This document shows positions 10,296-21,762 of a stretch of DNA of 45,374 bases, one piece after another. Source of the stretch: Asterionella formosa (lineage: Eukaryota); NCBI GenBank assembly GCA_002256025.1, contig NKIB01014270.1, positions 1-45,374 on the forward strand, written 5' to 3'. The notes under the pieces were generated by a model that searched no databases, was not told the origin of the DNA, and saw only the letters and a program-made list of their open reading frames with translations. The position numbers were made by a program, and so were the translations under genes. Each line of letters opens with the position of its first letter. Position 1 is the stretch's first letter.

Positions 10296-12231
10296 GGTGG
10301 GACAAACTTGCGAAATCACAGGCCGATACTGTTTGCCGTTATCTCGCCAAACTTTGTGACGACAACATATAAAAATATCATGAAGTAACGTTATGTATCA
10401 TATGTCCCTAGCACGATTTGGTAGAGTACTCGTACCTCGTACCTAAATACCTCCGGTACCTGGTGCCTGGTACTAGGTACTTATGAACAGGATGCTCATT
10501 ATTACTGTGTGTTATTATGTACTCCGTATTGTATGCATATTTCGGAGTACCAGGTACACTAGACTACGGTAGTACAAGGTACCGGTAGCCGGGTATGCTT
10601 CATGCATGCATACACGCATCGTCATATGATACAAACATGACTGGTAACCACCAGAAGGTCAAGTAGCACACATTTTATGAGACCCTTTTCAGTTTCGACT
10701 CACTCCCAATGATTCGTCCCATACCTCTGGATGGATGAGATAGGCCAGCTTTCGACGGAAATAATATTCCTTAAGTACTAATTTAGGAAAACGTTTCTCT
10801 TATTGACTGAGGATGACGATTTACAGAATCAGTCTCAGAACATGACTTGGATTTGCTGGCTGATGAACCAGTTCTGCAAACCATACCCCAAATTTCCATT
10901 CTGTCTTGATATTTGCCATGCATCAATGGTTCACCAATCACCCACCCATGACTACATGCTTGTTTCTTTATAAGTGTTGCAAGAGGATTCACAGGAATTA
11001 ATGACCTGTCTTAGAGGACCAATACCACATTCCCAGAAAAAGCTGTGCACTTCAAGTATATTTTTCTGTTAAATGCACATAATGATGCTCCTACAACTGC
11101 GTTTTTGATTTTCAATGATCTGCTCGTGACATGTGTGGTTTGGAGGTTATATCGATTTTGTGTTGCCAGTTGGTTGGGAACCCAGTGTATTGCACCATAA
11201 TATAGAAATATGCATATTTATACTGTTATATACTGGGTATTATGTAGCATTAACTTCATCAAATCATCGACTTTTGCAGCAAACCACTGATGACCCAGCC
11301 AGGAAAACCAAGCGTAAATTTGTCCATTCATCTGTGCACACTTTGCTTTTGATCATCAAAGAACATTCGCCTCATGGGACTCCAGTACTCTAGTGACACT
11401 ATGAATCCGATTAAAAAACGATGTGCCAGCGGCTTGTTCCAACAATAATTTTCTTTTCTTGATCAGCACAAGTGAAATCAAAATCGAATCGTGATGACAA
11501 GACACTAGCTACATGTGCTCACATTTTTCTCATTTCGTTCACTCAGGATTTATGGGAATGCCAGATTTCAACTTCCTTGATTTCATCATTTTTATCTCCC
11601 TCCCTTACCGTTCCACCTGCTGCAATGAAAGGCAGAACAGGATCAACAACTGCTGGTCACAAAGAATCGAAATTAGATCTAACAAGCCAAATATTGATAT
11701 TCTTCTAAAGATGCTGCACAGAAGGACTTTGTTCTTGGATGCTTTTAATTCATCTTAAGCTATGCTTTTTAATACCTTTCCTTTCGTTCAATGACTGGAG
11801 TATCATTGAAAAAACTGGGTTGGCTCAATACTACTTCATCAAAGCCGCGAAATATGCCAGATTTTGAAATTTTATCTATGTGGTGGTCTGAATTATTTGG
11901 TACTTCATTTGAATTAATGCCAGCCACTCTTCCCGAAATAATGTTTCTTTTAACGGTTTCATGTGAATGTTCAACAATTAACATTCAACTCAAGACCTAA
12001 TTTGTTGATGTTTCAAATAATTCATTTTAAAGTTCAACTAAGATACTAAAATTGTCAATTGAATTTTTGCATTACATTAAAGCTATCCAATAATCGCACT
12101 TGTGCCCACTTGAATGGAAATGATTAGCTAGTGCCAGCCAGTTTCATTCGTCTCTATGGTACAACGGGACCTGTCCTTTCGTCAGCCTCGCCCCCGGAAC
12201 CCTCCAAGGGACTACATACAAGAAAGACAGG

Positions 12232-12304
12232 TGGAGAAGGCAGGAATCGAAGTACCTGCCACCTCATGAGTGAGGTGTGCTAACCAGCATTTAAGCCATT
12301 AGCT
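12232..12304 (-). pseudogene. tRNA-like sequence (pseudo-tRNA or SINE head); not a functional tRNA
   Basis: The minus strand shows TGCT-GGTT-AGCA (D-arm-like), CACCTCA-CTCA-TGAGGTG (anticodon-arm-like) and GGCAGG-TACTTCGATT-CCTGCC (T-arm/B-box-like), ending TTCTCCA. There is no matching 5' acceptor strand and the T-loop is enlarged. Confidence 0.45.
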
Positions 12305-12849
12305 AAATTGTAGATTTGTGTGAATAAAATTATAGAATTACATGAACGAAATTAGAAGGTTATACCTGTATGCTGAACCAAATTACAAATAATCACGAAA
12401 TATATTGATGACAAGTACTGCAGCATTTATGTTTTTTGATCAAGGAATTAAAGTGATTTACTCAGATAACATATTGATGTATTCAAGTGCGCATTTTGAT
12501 GTATTCAACTTATTCACGTGATCGATTCAAAATCAACTAGGCTAATTGATGTGAAGCAAGGGCACTTCACATAATATGCAGCTTAGATGTTGGGTCAAAC
12601 TGATTTACCCCTAACATCCCAACCAGCCCAGCATAGTATTAGCTATCAGAAGAATTATTGACATGTTTTTCTAAGCTTCAGAATATTGTTGTCCATGCTC
12701 TATGACAACAACTTTGTCTGAAAAAGGATTGTTGTATTTCCAAAAATTTTGTCCAGAATTGTTCTTTTATGTGCTTGCCGTTGCTGGCTCAGCATCATGA
12801 TGTAATACAAAAAGTGTAAGTATACTGGTAGTCTACTGATAAGGGTATT

Positions 12850-13650
12850 ATATTTACCGGGTACAGTTCGAGCTACCCTGGTACCAGGTACCGGTAACCA
12901 ATTTAGTGATGAGGCAGTATTCAAATCCTTGTACTGGTTCCTGTCGACACACGTTATACTATGTACGGTACCTGGTACCAGGTACCAGGTACCAGGTATG
13001 AGCAGTTGTAACGGGATGGTGCATGATGCGATGAAAGCGATTGAGATCAGGTCATTAGCCATTTTCATGAATGGTCATCCTGCACAGCTGATGAGTAACC
13101 TATTACGAGTACCAGTTACGGAGTGGTAGCAGCCAGGTAACTTATGATGTGCCGGTATGACAGAGTATACGGTACCTGGTACCTGGTACTTGGAGTACTC
13201 CCTGGTGGAGTACCAGGGTATTTCGCTAAATTTACAGCACCAGTTCACCAGTACCTGCAAGTTACGGTCATTTTGCTTAAATAAGCATTTTAATCTTGGA
13301 TAAAGATAGCTAAATCTTCGGTTTCAGCAAAATTACCGCAACTTGTTGGTACCAGGTACTGTATGCAGTTTTACTGTATGACATTTTTATGACCTATAGC
13401 ATGCGGTCTACCGGTATGCATTGTGGTACTAGGTACCAGTACCCGGTACCAGGGTACCCTGGTACCAAAACATAAAATAATAAGGACAGCAATGAATATA
13501 TGTACTGGTAAGCTATAGATACCAGGTACCTGCCAGGTAATATGTGAAATATGTGTGGTACATCATCAGTTTCGCCTTCTGCCTACTGCTGGTAAATACG
13601 ACATGGCTGTATAGCTAGCCTACCGATACTCGTACCTTGTACCTGGTATG
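12850..13650. repeat. Cluster of CCAGGTA/TACCTGG/GGTACC short repeats
   Basis: For example GGTACCTGGTACCAGGTACCAGGTACCAGGTA at 12967..12998, with many further copies up to about 13650. Confidence 0.85.
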
Positions 13651-13832
13651 TTCAAAATAAAGCAACTCACCTCAATCCTATATTGAGTCTATACATACCG
13701 GGATATATTTTAGTCTATCAATGAAGTAACCAATTGTCGTACACACTTTTTGTTTTGATATTCGACACCTCCTTGTCCCAATTCTGTGCTCGTCTCTGTT
13801 CGTTTCAACTCCAACATAAAAATTAATATAAA

Positions 13833-16369
13833 ATGGCTGGTACAAGCAATGGTCGCGGCGGCGGCGGCTCCAAGAAGAAGCTATCGGATCAGGTAAGCAA
13901 GGAGTATTAGCAGTCGCAACGATTCGAAATCGATGGAGCATTTGTTTGTCCGCTCGAAATGGTGTAGGGCTATTCTACGTCAATTCAATACCACAGCGAG
14001 TCCGTGTCCCGTTGGTGTGAATGGCTAATCGGACTTCTCACGTTTTGCCGCCACTTTGTTGCTCCTTCCGTCTACAGTTCAAAGACGCCTGCCCCCCTCA
14101 CAAACTCAAAGACTTGGATATGCTGGTCAAGCGCCTGAACGGCGACGAGGACAAGATTAGAACTCAGATCGCTGAGTGGTGGGAAGAGCCTCAGACAGTG
14201 GAACCACTTTGGGAAGATATTCCACCAAAGACGACGAAGAAACTCAAGGGTCCAGAGCCTACTCGAAGCAGAGGGCAGAATCCTGGCACTGCGGGACGGG
14301 GTGCTGCTGGACGTGGCAACGCGAGAGGCGGACGAGGAGGGAGAGAAAGTGCCCGTGGCGGGAGGGGAGGAGGCCGGACGTCTGCTCGTGGAAGGGGTGA
14401 GGGTCGCGGAGCAACGTCGCCTACGGCAGATGCAGCGGCTGCGCTCGACGAAGTACCAGCCACTGCTGCCCTTCCTGAGGTAGCTCCTGCACTTCCTACA
14501 GATGGACCTGCATATGCGAAGCCAGCGGCGCCTAAGGGGGTTTGGGGGAAACCACCTGCGCAAGAACAACACCAACACCAAATTACACCTCCCAAGCCAC
14601 CGCCACTGGCGAAGACTGAACCCCCCAATGGAGAACCGCCACGCCAGCCAGATCCACCTATTGTTTCGAACGCTGAACCTACGCCGTCAGGACTACGCGG
14701 AGGTTCGACTGTGACTAATTCTCCGACTATTGAAACGCCAAGTAAATCGCGATCGGCTCCAATTGTTGGAGGTGGTGGGAATGTTTGGGCAACCAAGGGA
14801 TCTGCGCATTTGATTCAAGCAGAGAGTAAACCGATTCCACCCCCAAGTCCCGCAGCACCCGTTCGCCTGCAACCAGAACAACCACCTACGCCTATACCCG
14901 AACCTCCGAAAACAGAGCCCTCTCCTCTTGAAAGTGGCCTTCCTGCTTCTGTGAACGGAGCTAACGTAAACGCTGCAGGATGGAAACCATCGACGGAGAC
15001 CTTGGAAATGCCCAAGCCAAAAAAAACCTTAGTCGTTCAGCAGCAACCAATCGTCACCAAACCTGCCGTGCCTCCGCCGCTTCCAAAGCCTGTTGCTACG
15101 AACGTACTGAATATGGGGCATTGGGAAACTGGAGAATCAGATGAAGCTAACAATCTGGACTTTGGATTTGGATCCTTTGGTGCCGAGACTGGCGATGTCG
15201 ATGACACGACTGCTCAATCATCGGCCAAGGACATGGCAACTGTCTCTCCGGCTCGCCCACCCCCCGGTCTATCCATTGGCGGTATGCCTCCCATGCCTAC
15301 TGGAGCTGTATTGGTCAGTGACTTGGAGAATGTCACGCTAGAAGACAAACCACCTCAAGCTCCAGTCCCTCCTCCTCCACAACATCACATTCCTGCTCAA
15401 GGAATTCTCCCTCATGGAGCTGGAATGCAACAAAACTACAACAACGCGTACGGAATGGGCATGTACAATTACAATGCAGCTGCCAATGGTTTCGTTGCCG
15501 GTATGCCTCCCGGTGTCATTACCACTGGCGTTTCTCAAAAACCTCAAACTGGCCTTGGACAACCGCAATCGGCTCCTACTTCGGGTGGAATGCCTCCACA
15601 AGGCGGTCTATACGGAGCCGCTGTCACCCCTGTACCTGCCGCAGACTCAACTTTGAATGACACTATGCCTCCTGGCATGCCTGGTGCCATGTCGTATAAT
15701 CCGGCTCTTTTTTATGGACAACAACCCTACCAAATGGGACAACCCCATGGTCAAGTTGGATACGGATATAGCTATGGGGCTCAATTTGGTGGTGCTGTCC
15801 AAGGTGGGTTTGGGTATCAACAGGGCATGATGGGTCAGTCTGGCGGATACCCAGCCTATGACGACCAAGGTGCTCAGCAAGGCAACACTGGCGGGTACCA
15901 GAACAAGAATTCTGGTGGATACCGTGGCCGCAACCACAATGGAAACCAATATGCTCAGAATCAATATGGTCAACCAGGGGGCTACGGACAACCTGGTGGA
16001 TACGGCATGGGCTACAATAACAATCATTTCAACCAAGGCGGTGGATACGGCCCGGGCTCGATGGATCCGTATGGAATGCAAGCTCAAGGTGGATCCAACG
16101 CGTATGGACAATCAGCCAACCTTCATTCCTTCCAAGACGACGAGAGTAAGGGCAAGAAGGGAGGAGGAAACCGCAATAATAGTGGCGGCTCGAACCTTCC
16201 TCAATTTCAGCAAGGAGGCCACCCTCAGCAGCTTGGAGTGCAGCAACAATCTTTTGGCTTACAGCAACATGGTGGAGTCGATGTTTCGTCGTCGAATAAT
16301 GGCGGATGGTCGAACAACCAAACCCAAGCAGGTGGCTGGGCTGGACCCAGTTGGCAGCAGGGCAACTAA
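13833..16369 (+). CDS. RGG / Pro-rich / G-Q-Y-N low-complexity protein, UBAP2L/Lingerer/Def1-like; 2 exons (13833..13892, 14078..16369), about 783 aa
   Basis: Exon 1 encodes MAGTSNGRGGGGSKKKLSDQ; a phase-0 GTAAGC...TACAG intron at 13893..14077 joins it in frame to the long ORF. Architecture: short helical N-domain, RGG boxes, VWA/VWG motifs, LDFGFGSFG motif and a prion-like C-terminus. The family assignment is inferred from this architecture. Confidence 0.75.
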
Positions 16370-16801
16370 AGAAGCAAAAAAACTCAACAACAAACGACTC
16401 TGTTCGAGTTTATTGGTTGCTACCCACGTCGAAGGAATTAAATTCTAGCTAGTAACATTGAACGTAGTAGATGCTACACATTGTACGAGTACACTGGAAC
16501 GGGTTTGTCACTTATATCAGCAAATTTTGGTTTTTTATGCGACGCCATAATTATCCTTTGCGGAAGAAGAGTGATGTCGCGATTTTTTCTATCTTCGTGG
16601 ATGACATTACGTCAATATGCTGTTGCGGAATACTGGTAGACGATTTGATTGTCTCAGTTTATTCGAAATTTCTATTGTCAATCTATACAAACACAAAGGA
16701 TCCTTATAAAGATATGTCTTTTACTTCACTTTAGGGATGGGCGATATTCACATACATACACGATTTCACGAAGGCCCTCCATTTTTGTGTTCACGACCTT
16801 T

Positions 16802-18226
16802 CTAGGCCAAAGTATTGTTGAGTTTCCAATATCGCAAAGCGCCTCTCTGAGGCATAGGCAATTTGCAGTAGGCTTGATCATTAGGACGATCCGATTCCCA
16901 ATCCAAGCATTCACAATAAACAACCTTGTGCGCGTTTGTCGTAGTTTGCATAGGTCTAGTAACATTGACCAAAGAGGGGTTGTTTGCACGGGGTACACCA
17001 GCAGTTTCAACACGGCACGTTTCGGGGTTGATGCGGTTCGCAATCAATTCCTCAAGCCGACGAATCTGAGAGGGTGGAACTTTAATCGAGTCTTTGATAA
17101 CTCTCCAATGAACAACCTCCAGGCACGGCGGGACTCCTTGAGATCCTTCGTAACGGAAATAGTACTGAGTACCCGCCTTTCTAATCCAATCGTACGCGTG
17201 GAACTTTCGGCGGAATGGGTTTGGAGGTGTGTTCAACAACCGAGTACCCATGAATTCGTCCTCTACCAACTTTGTGTCCGAGACTCGGTTACTACGGAAG
17301 GTTTCGATCGATTGCTCGGCAAGCAGATTTCGACGACGGCAAGCGTCCTGCACCAATGTCGCCTCCACATTCCAACGGCGAATGTAAAGGTCCAAGAAAT
17401 CGTAAGTTGGAGCACGTTCGTCAGCTTCGAGAAAGATGGAAACTTTGCCAATCTGTTAATGAACGAAAAAATGTATTAGATAAAGAGGTCGACATAAATA
17501 ATTGCGTCGACTTTCAATCGTCTGCAGAAACGTACCAATCTATCATCCTCGTTCACAGAGTACGTGTGAGCCATCTGAACCTCGGCAGAGTACCGCTTTC
17601 CATCTTGAGTGTGTTCAGATGGGACCTTAATGTCCGTAAAGACAAGGTTCCAAGGCTCTGGAAATCCCATGCTAAAGTCAATACGAGAGGGATGGGCACA
17701 ATCAATGGTTCCATCCTGGTGCATAGGTTGGAAGGCGCGAAGGGCATGTCGTTCAACAAGAAACGACATTTGGCCAAATGCACAAGATCCAGTGTCATGT
17801 TTCATTCCATGGCGGTCATGGCATTCACGACGACTCGTGACATTACGAAAGAGATGAATAGGTGACTGCTTGTGCATCTTGCACTCTTGAGAGTTTGATT
17901 TGGAGCAATCTTTGCATTTGTTCTTTGAACCCTCATATGGAATAAATGGGTTGAACTTTTCCCAATCATCAGGCCAGCCAGGCTGGATTTATCAGAATAA
18001 AGGAAGGAAACCATGATATGATGTGAGCAAACATCTATTACAACATTGCACCACGATAAAGACGACTTACGCAAGTTTCAGGATTTTCGCAGGTGACCTT
18101 TCCCCAATCGGCAGGTCCATAGTTGCTTCCAACAGTTCCCCCATAGTTGAAGATGTCTTGGGGCTGAGCCGAAACAACTCCGGCGACGAGAACAAATCCA
18201 GCTAAGAAATTGATCAAAAGGTTCAT
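16802..18226 (-). CDS. Signal-peptide-bearing alpha-carbonic anhydrase-fold protein lacking zinc ligands (CARP-like); 3 exons (18226..18071, 17982..17536, 17452..16802), about 417 aa
   Basis: Signal peptide MNLLINFLAGFVLVAGVVSA. Two phase-0 GT-AG introns (18070..17983 and 17535..17453) restore a single frame. Alpha-CA motifs: FNY..GPADW, QSPI, PSEHTQDGKRYSAEVQMAH, YFRYEGS..PPC.E.V.W and RPMQ. Confidence 0.85.
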
Positions 18227-18923
18227 GAGAGTCAATTCTTTTCAATGATTGTTTGATTTGTGAGATGAAGGAGAACTGGAAAAATTGACCGTTTCCATAT
18301 TCGTTGGGTTTCTGTCAACACTGGCAACATCGGTCCGTCTCCCTTACATCGCACAATCGATTCTACATGAACCGCTTGGTGATCGAAAATTCGATCTCAT
18401 CGTTGACTGTCAGTTACTGTCGCAGTTACCTGCTCGTTCTTTGTGCAAACGGCAGCGATAGAAAGGCAGAAATGTTGATGGAAAGAACTCGCACTGGCTA
18501 TATCGGTAGTTTTCTTTTCTTGGAAGCAGCCCCATCCTCACTCGTGCCACTATACTAGACCATCGTAAACTACCGGTAATACTGGTAGTCTTGTGTGATT
18601 TATAGTGGTATTCCAATGATAGTGCGTGCCAATCCCATGATGTACTGGTACATGGTACCAGGTACCAGGTAGCGGGTAGTTAGTATCTAGAGTCAAATGG
18701 TCCCAGGTACCAGGTACCACCTATGTAGTTGCACTACAAGCCTGCAAGTTGGACTACGGTACCTGGTACCTGGGTACATGGTAATTTTGCTTCTTCGTGT
18801 ACACATTCCCAAAACCGACAGATATTTCCCAACTCAGCATCCAGCAGCCACAAAGGAATCGAAGTATGAAACTTCTCATGTTTCGCACCCATCACTGGTC
18901 ATATAAAAAGACTAGACAAAATT

Positions 18924-19400
18924 TTATAAATTCTGATAATTTGGGAAAAAACAGGTTCCGATGAATTGTAATTTTGGGTTTATCTGACTCTTCTTTACCT
19001 TTACTTTCCTTGTTTGTGTATCATGATTTTCCCTTAGCGCAACACCAGAGCTGTAAGTCTTACCTTTCTTGTTTGACAGTTTCAAATCATGCGGCATATC
19101 TTTTTTCGAATTGATTTGTTTCCTCTTCCATTTGAATTGCGCTTTGTAGACACTAGGCTCCATTGTAACTTCGTCTTTTTTCCTGTTGTTGCCAAAATGA
19201 TTCTTGCTGTGCTGTCATCTCCATTCCAGAATGCTTTTATACATTCTTTGTATATATTTTTGCTCCATGTGTGTGTTTCCCAGCAACTGAAGCTACTCTA
19301 TTTTAAAGGTCACCAAATCCAGCAAACACCTTGCTTGTTTTTGGACCATTCAAAATCAACTTGTCAGCAGGTTATGGTTGTGGCTGGTATGCATGTTCCA
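18924..19400 (-). pseudogene. Degraded coding remnant, possibly the C-terminus of a Mutator-like transposase
   Basis: Broken frames give RVASVAGKHTHG and a basic tail with GKTYSSGVAL. The resemblance to Mutator-like C-termini is from memory only. Confidence 0.25.
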
Positions 19401-20040
19401 TGTATGTTTCTCTAGAGATAGCCAAACCGGTACTATCCAATGCCTAGTAATTGTAAAATTCAATGAGGATACCGTTCGTATGTACATAGTCTAGTGGTAG
19501 CATTATGTTCGGAGTAATACAAAAGGCCATAAATAGGCTTTACCCACGGATGAGAGCTCGTATCGTCGTCGTGATCATCACGAACAGCAAGAAATGAAGA
19601 ATGTAATTCTTTATGTTCGGCTAATTATAAGTATCCGAGGCCTATCTACGTAAGCAAAATTAAATCTTTAATGTCCATACATGAGTAAAAAGAACATAAG
19701 CAACTCCTTTCTTGTTTGTGGTGCTGATGCAGAGCATCTTTTGTTTTCTTGATGTACTTACGTATCGATACATAAAATCTGCATACTTTGTACGGAGTAG
19801 TGGCCGTAGATTTTCCGGTCGTCGTACCTGGTACCGTAGTTGATTCAACAGGAACCTTACAGACCAGCAAAGATACTGGTACAACAAATCAGTTGTACAT
19901 ACTGCACATAAATTGCATTATTGTACCTGGATATGGGCATCGCTCGCATCAAACATCAGTTTCGATTCGAACCCTGGTAGCTGTGGAAGCTTGAACACCA
20001 GACCAGCGTTGATATCTTCCACCTTGTCTCGTCAAACGTC

Positions 20041-21762
20041 ATGTACAAAACAGTGGCTCGCGTGGCTGCGAGAGCGTCGCACTCAAGGTTTGTCCGGTGC
20101 GATTCTCGGCGATTCTATCAGTCCTGCGCCAAGCCCGTGACAGCCGCAATGGTGAATACGCATAATGAGGCTGTCCTTCCCTTTGCTGCCATACTTGCAA
20201 TAGGTACTGCAACAATGTTGACGCTCTGCGAAGCTTTTGAAAATACGCCTTCCGTTGTGGGACCGGAACGAATGGAAGACGTGACTTGCGAGAACACGGA
20301 ATTGGATTCTCTTCCTGAATACTCATCAGAATACATTGCTCAATTCAACGGCGAAGATGGCAAGCGAGTCTGGATGTCCTATGGTGGAGTTGTTTACGAT
20401 GTGACGGAGTTCATTGCCAACCATCCCGGTGGAGCGGAGAAAATCATGACGGCTGCTGGATCTTCGGTGGAACCGTTTTGGTATCTTTATCGTCAACATT
20501 TCGCCAGTGACCTTCCTATGAAACTAATGGAGCACATGATTGTTGGAAGACTGAAGGAATCAGATCAAGAAGAAATTGACGATCAAATGGCTGTCTTGAT
20601 GGAACATGATCCATATGCCAAAGAACCAGTTCGTCATGCTGCCTTGATTGTTCATGGCGACACTCCAATGAACGCGGAAACACCAGCTAGCCTCCTCACC
20701 GAAAACTACCTGACCCCTTCGTCGTTATTTTATATTCGCCATCATCACCCGGTTCCGCTTCTTACGAAAAAGGAAGATGCAAATTACAAGTTAGTGGTCG
20801 ATTTGACTGCCTACGGAAAAGGAAAATTGGAACTTTCCTTGGATGAAATTAAGAAGATGCCAAAAACGGAAGTCACTGTGACACTTCAGTGCTCGGGAAA
20901 TCGCCGTGCTGGATTCAATGAAGTGAAGCGCACATCTGGAACCCCATGGGGTCAGGGTGCTGTTAGTACAGCCAAGTGGGGTGGAGTCAAACTCTCAGAA
21001 TTGATGAAGGTGGCAGGATTGGATGACCCCATTGAAGCAGAGGAAAAAGGCGGTATGGAGCATGTACGATTCCATGCGCTAGATGGCATGCAGGCAAGTA
21101 TTGGCATTGAAAGAGCTATGAATCCATATGGAGATTGCATCGTTGCATACGAAATGAACGGAGAGCCTTTGCCCAGAGATCATGGTTATCCCTTGCGTGT
21201 CATTGTCCCTGGTTATGCTGCAGTTCGTAACGTGAAGTGGGTGCAACGAATCGAATTGGCCAAAACAGAAGCTGAAGGAGCTTGGCAACAAGGTCTCAAC
21301 TACAAGACGTTGCCTCCTTCTGTAACGGACGCTGGGACAGTGGAATTGGCAAAGATGCCCAGCATGACCGAAGTAAGTCTCTTTTCCGGTATCACCAGAA
21401 TGCAAGTGATTGCTCCAAAGGAGAAGAGGAAAGCCGGGGAGGAAGTTTTGGTCCAAACTTCTGGATGGGCGTGGTCGGGAGGGGGACGTAATATTGTCCG
21501 AGTGGATGTGACTGGCGATGGCGGTACGAACTGGACAACAGCTGAAATCACCGAGGGAGGAGATCAACGTTTCGGTCGAGCATGGGCCTGGGTTTTTTGG
21601 AAGGCCAATGTAAAAGCAATTGTTCAAGCAGATGGAACTGTTGAATTGGCTTCCAAGGCTGTGGACTTGTGCTTTAATGTGCAACCAGAAAAGTGCGACC
21701 ATTGCTGGAATGTTCGAGGACTAGGAAATAATAGCTGGTACAGAATAAATGTCCGGGTATAA
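20041..21762 (+). CDS. SUOX: Sulfite oxidase (cytochrome b5 + molybdopterin + dimerisation domains), probably mitochondrial, 573 aa
   Basis: Arg/Ser/Ala-rich presequence followed by a hydrophobic segment. The b5 domain has VYDVTEFIANHPGG; the Moco domain has PMNAETP, FYIRHH, TLQCSGNRR (Mo-ligating Cys) and YEMNGEPLPRDHGYPLRVIVPG; the C-terminus has GWAWSGGGR and WNVRGLGNNSW. Confidence 0.95.
   Translation: MYKTVARVAARASHSRFVRCDSRRFYQSCAKPVTAAMVNTHNEAVLPFAAILAIGTATMLTLCEAFENTPSVVGPERMEDVTCENTELDSLPEYSSEYIAQFNGEDGKRVWMSYGGVVYDVTEFIANHPGGAEKIMTAAGSSVEPFWYLYRQHFASDLPMKLMEHMIVGRLKESDQEEIDDQMAVLMEHDPYAKEPVRHAALIVHGDTPMNAETPASLLTENYLTPSSLFYIRHHHPVPLLTKKEDANYKLVVDLTAYGKGKLELSLDEIKKMPKTEVTVTLQCSGNRRAGFNEVKRTSGTPWGQGAVSTAKWGGVKLSELMKVAGLDDPIEAEEKGGMEHVRFHALDGMQASIGIERAMNPYGDCIVAYEMNGEPLPRDHGYPLRVIVPGYAAVRNVKWVQRIELAKTEAEGAWQQGLNYKTLPPSVTDAGTVELAKMPSMTEVSLFSGITRMQVIAPKEKRKAGEEVLVQTSGWAWSGGGRNIVRVDVTGDGGTNWTTAEITEGGDQRFGRAWAWVFWKANVKAIVQADGTVELASKAVDLCFNVQPEKCDHCWNVRGLGNNSWYRINVRV

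Noticed and set aside
12967..12998. CCAGGTA tandem as a telomeric repeat or CRISPR array
   Set aside because: Only a few units in mixed orientation, dispersed internally, with no repeat-spacer structure and no cas genes.
13085..13135. CTGATGA-GTAA-CCTA-TTAC-GAGT hammerhead-like motif
   Set aside because: It has a neat stem II but GAGT instead of GAAA and no adjacent stem I, and it lies in low-complexity GTAC-rich DNA.
14021..14077. ORF-track start MANRTSHV...
   Set aside because: Falls inside the predicted intron 13893..14077 (pyrimidine tract and TACAG acceptor).
14072..16448. Several 150-200 aa antisense or alternate-frame ORFs
   Set aside because: Shadows of the GC-rich low-complexity gene, with no recognisable motifs.
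16649..17865. Plus-strand ORFs of 276 and 197 aa
   Set aside because: Antisense to the spliced carbonic-anhydrase-like gene, with no domain features.
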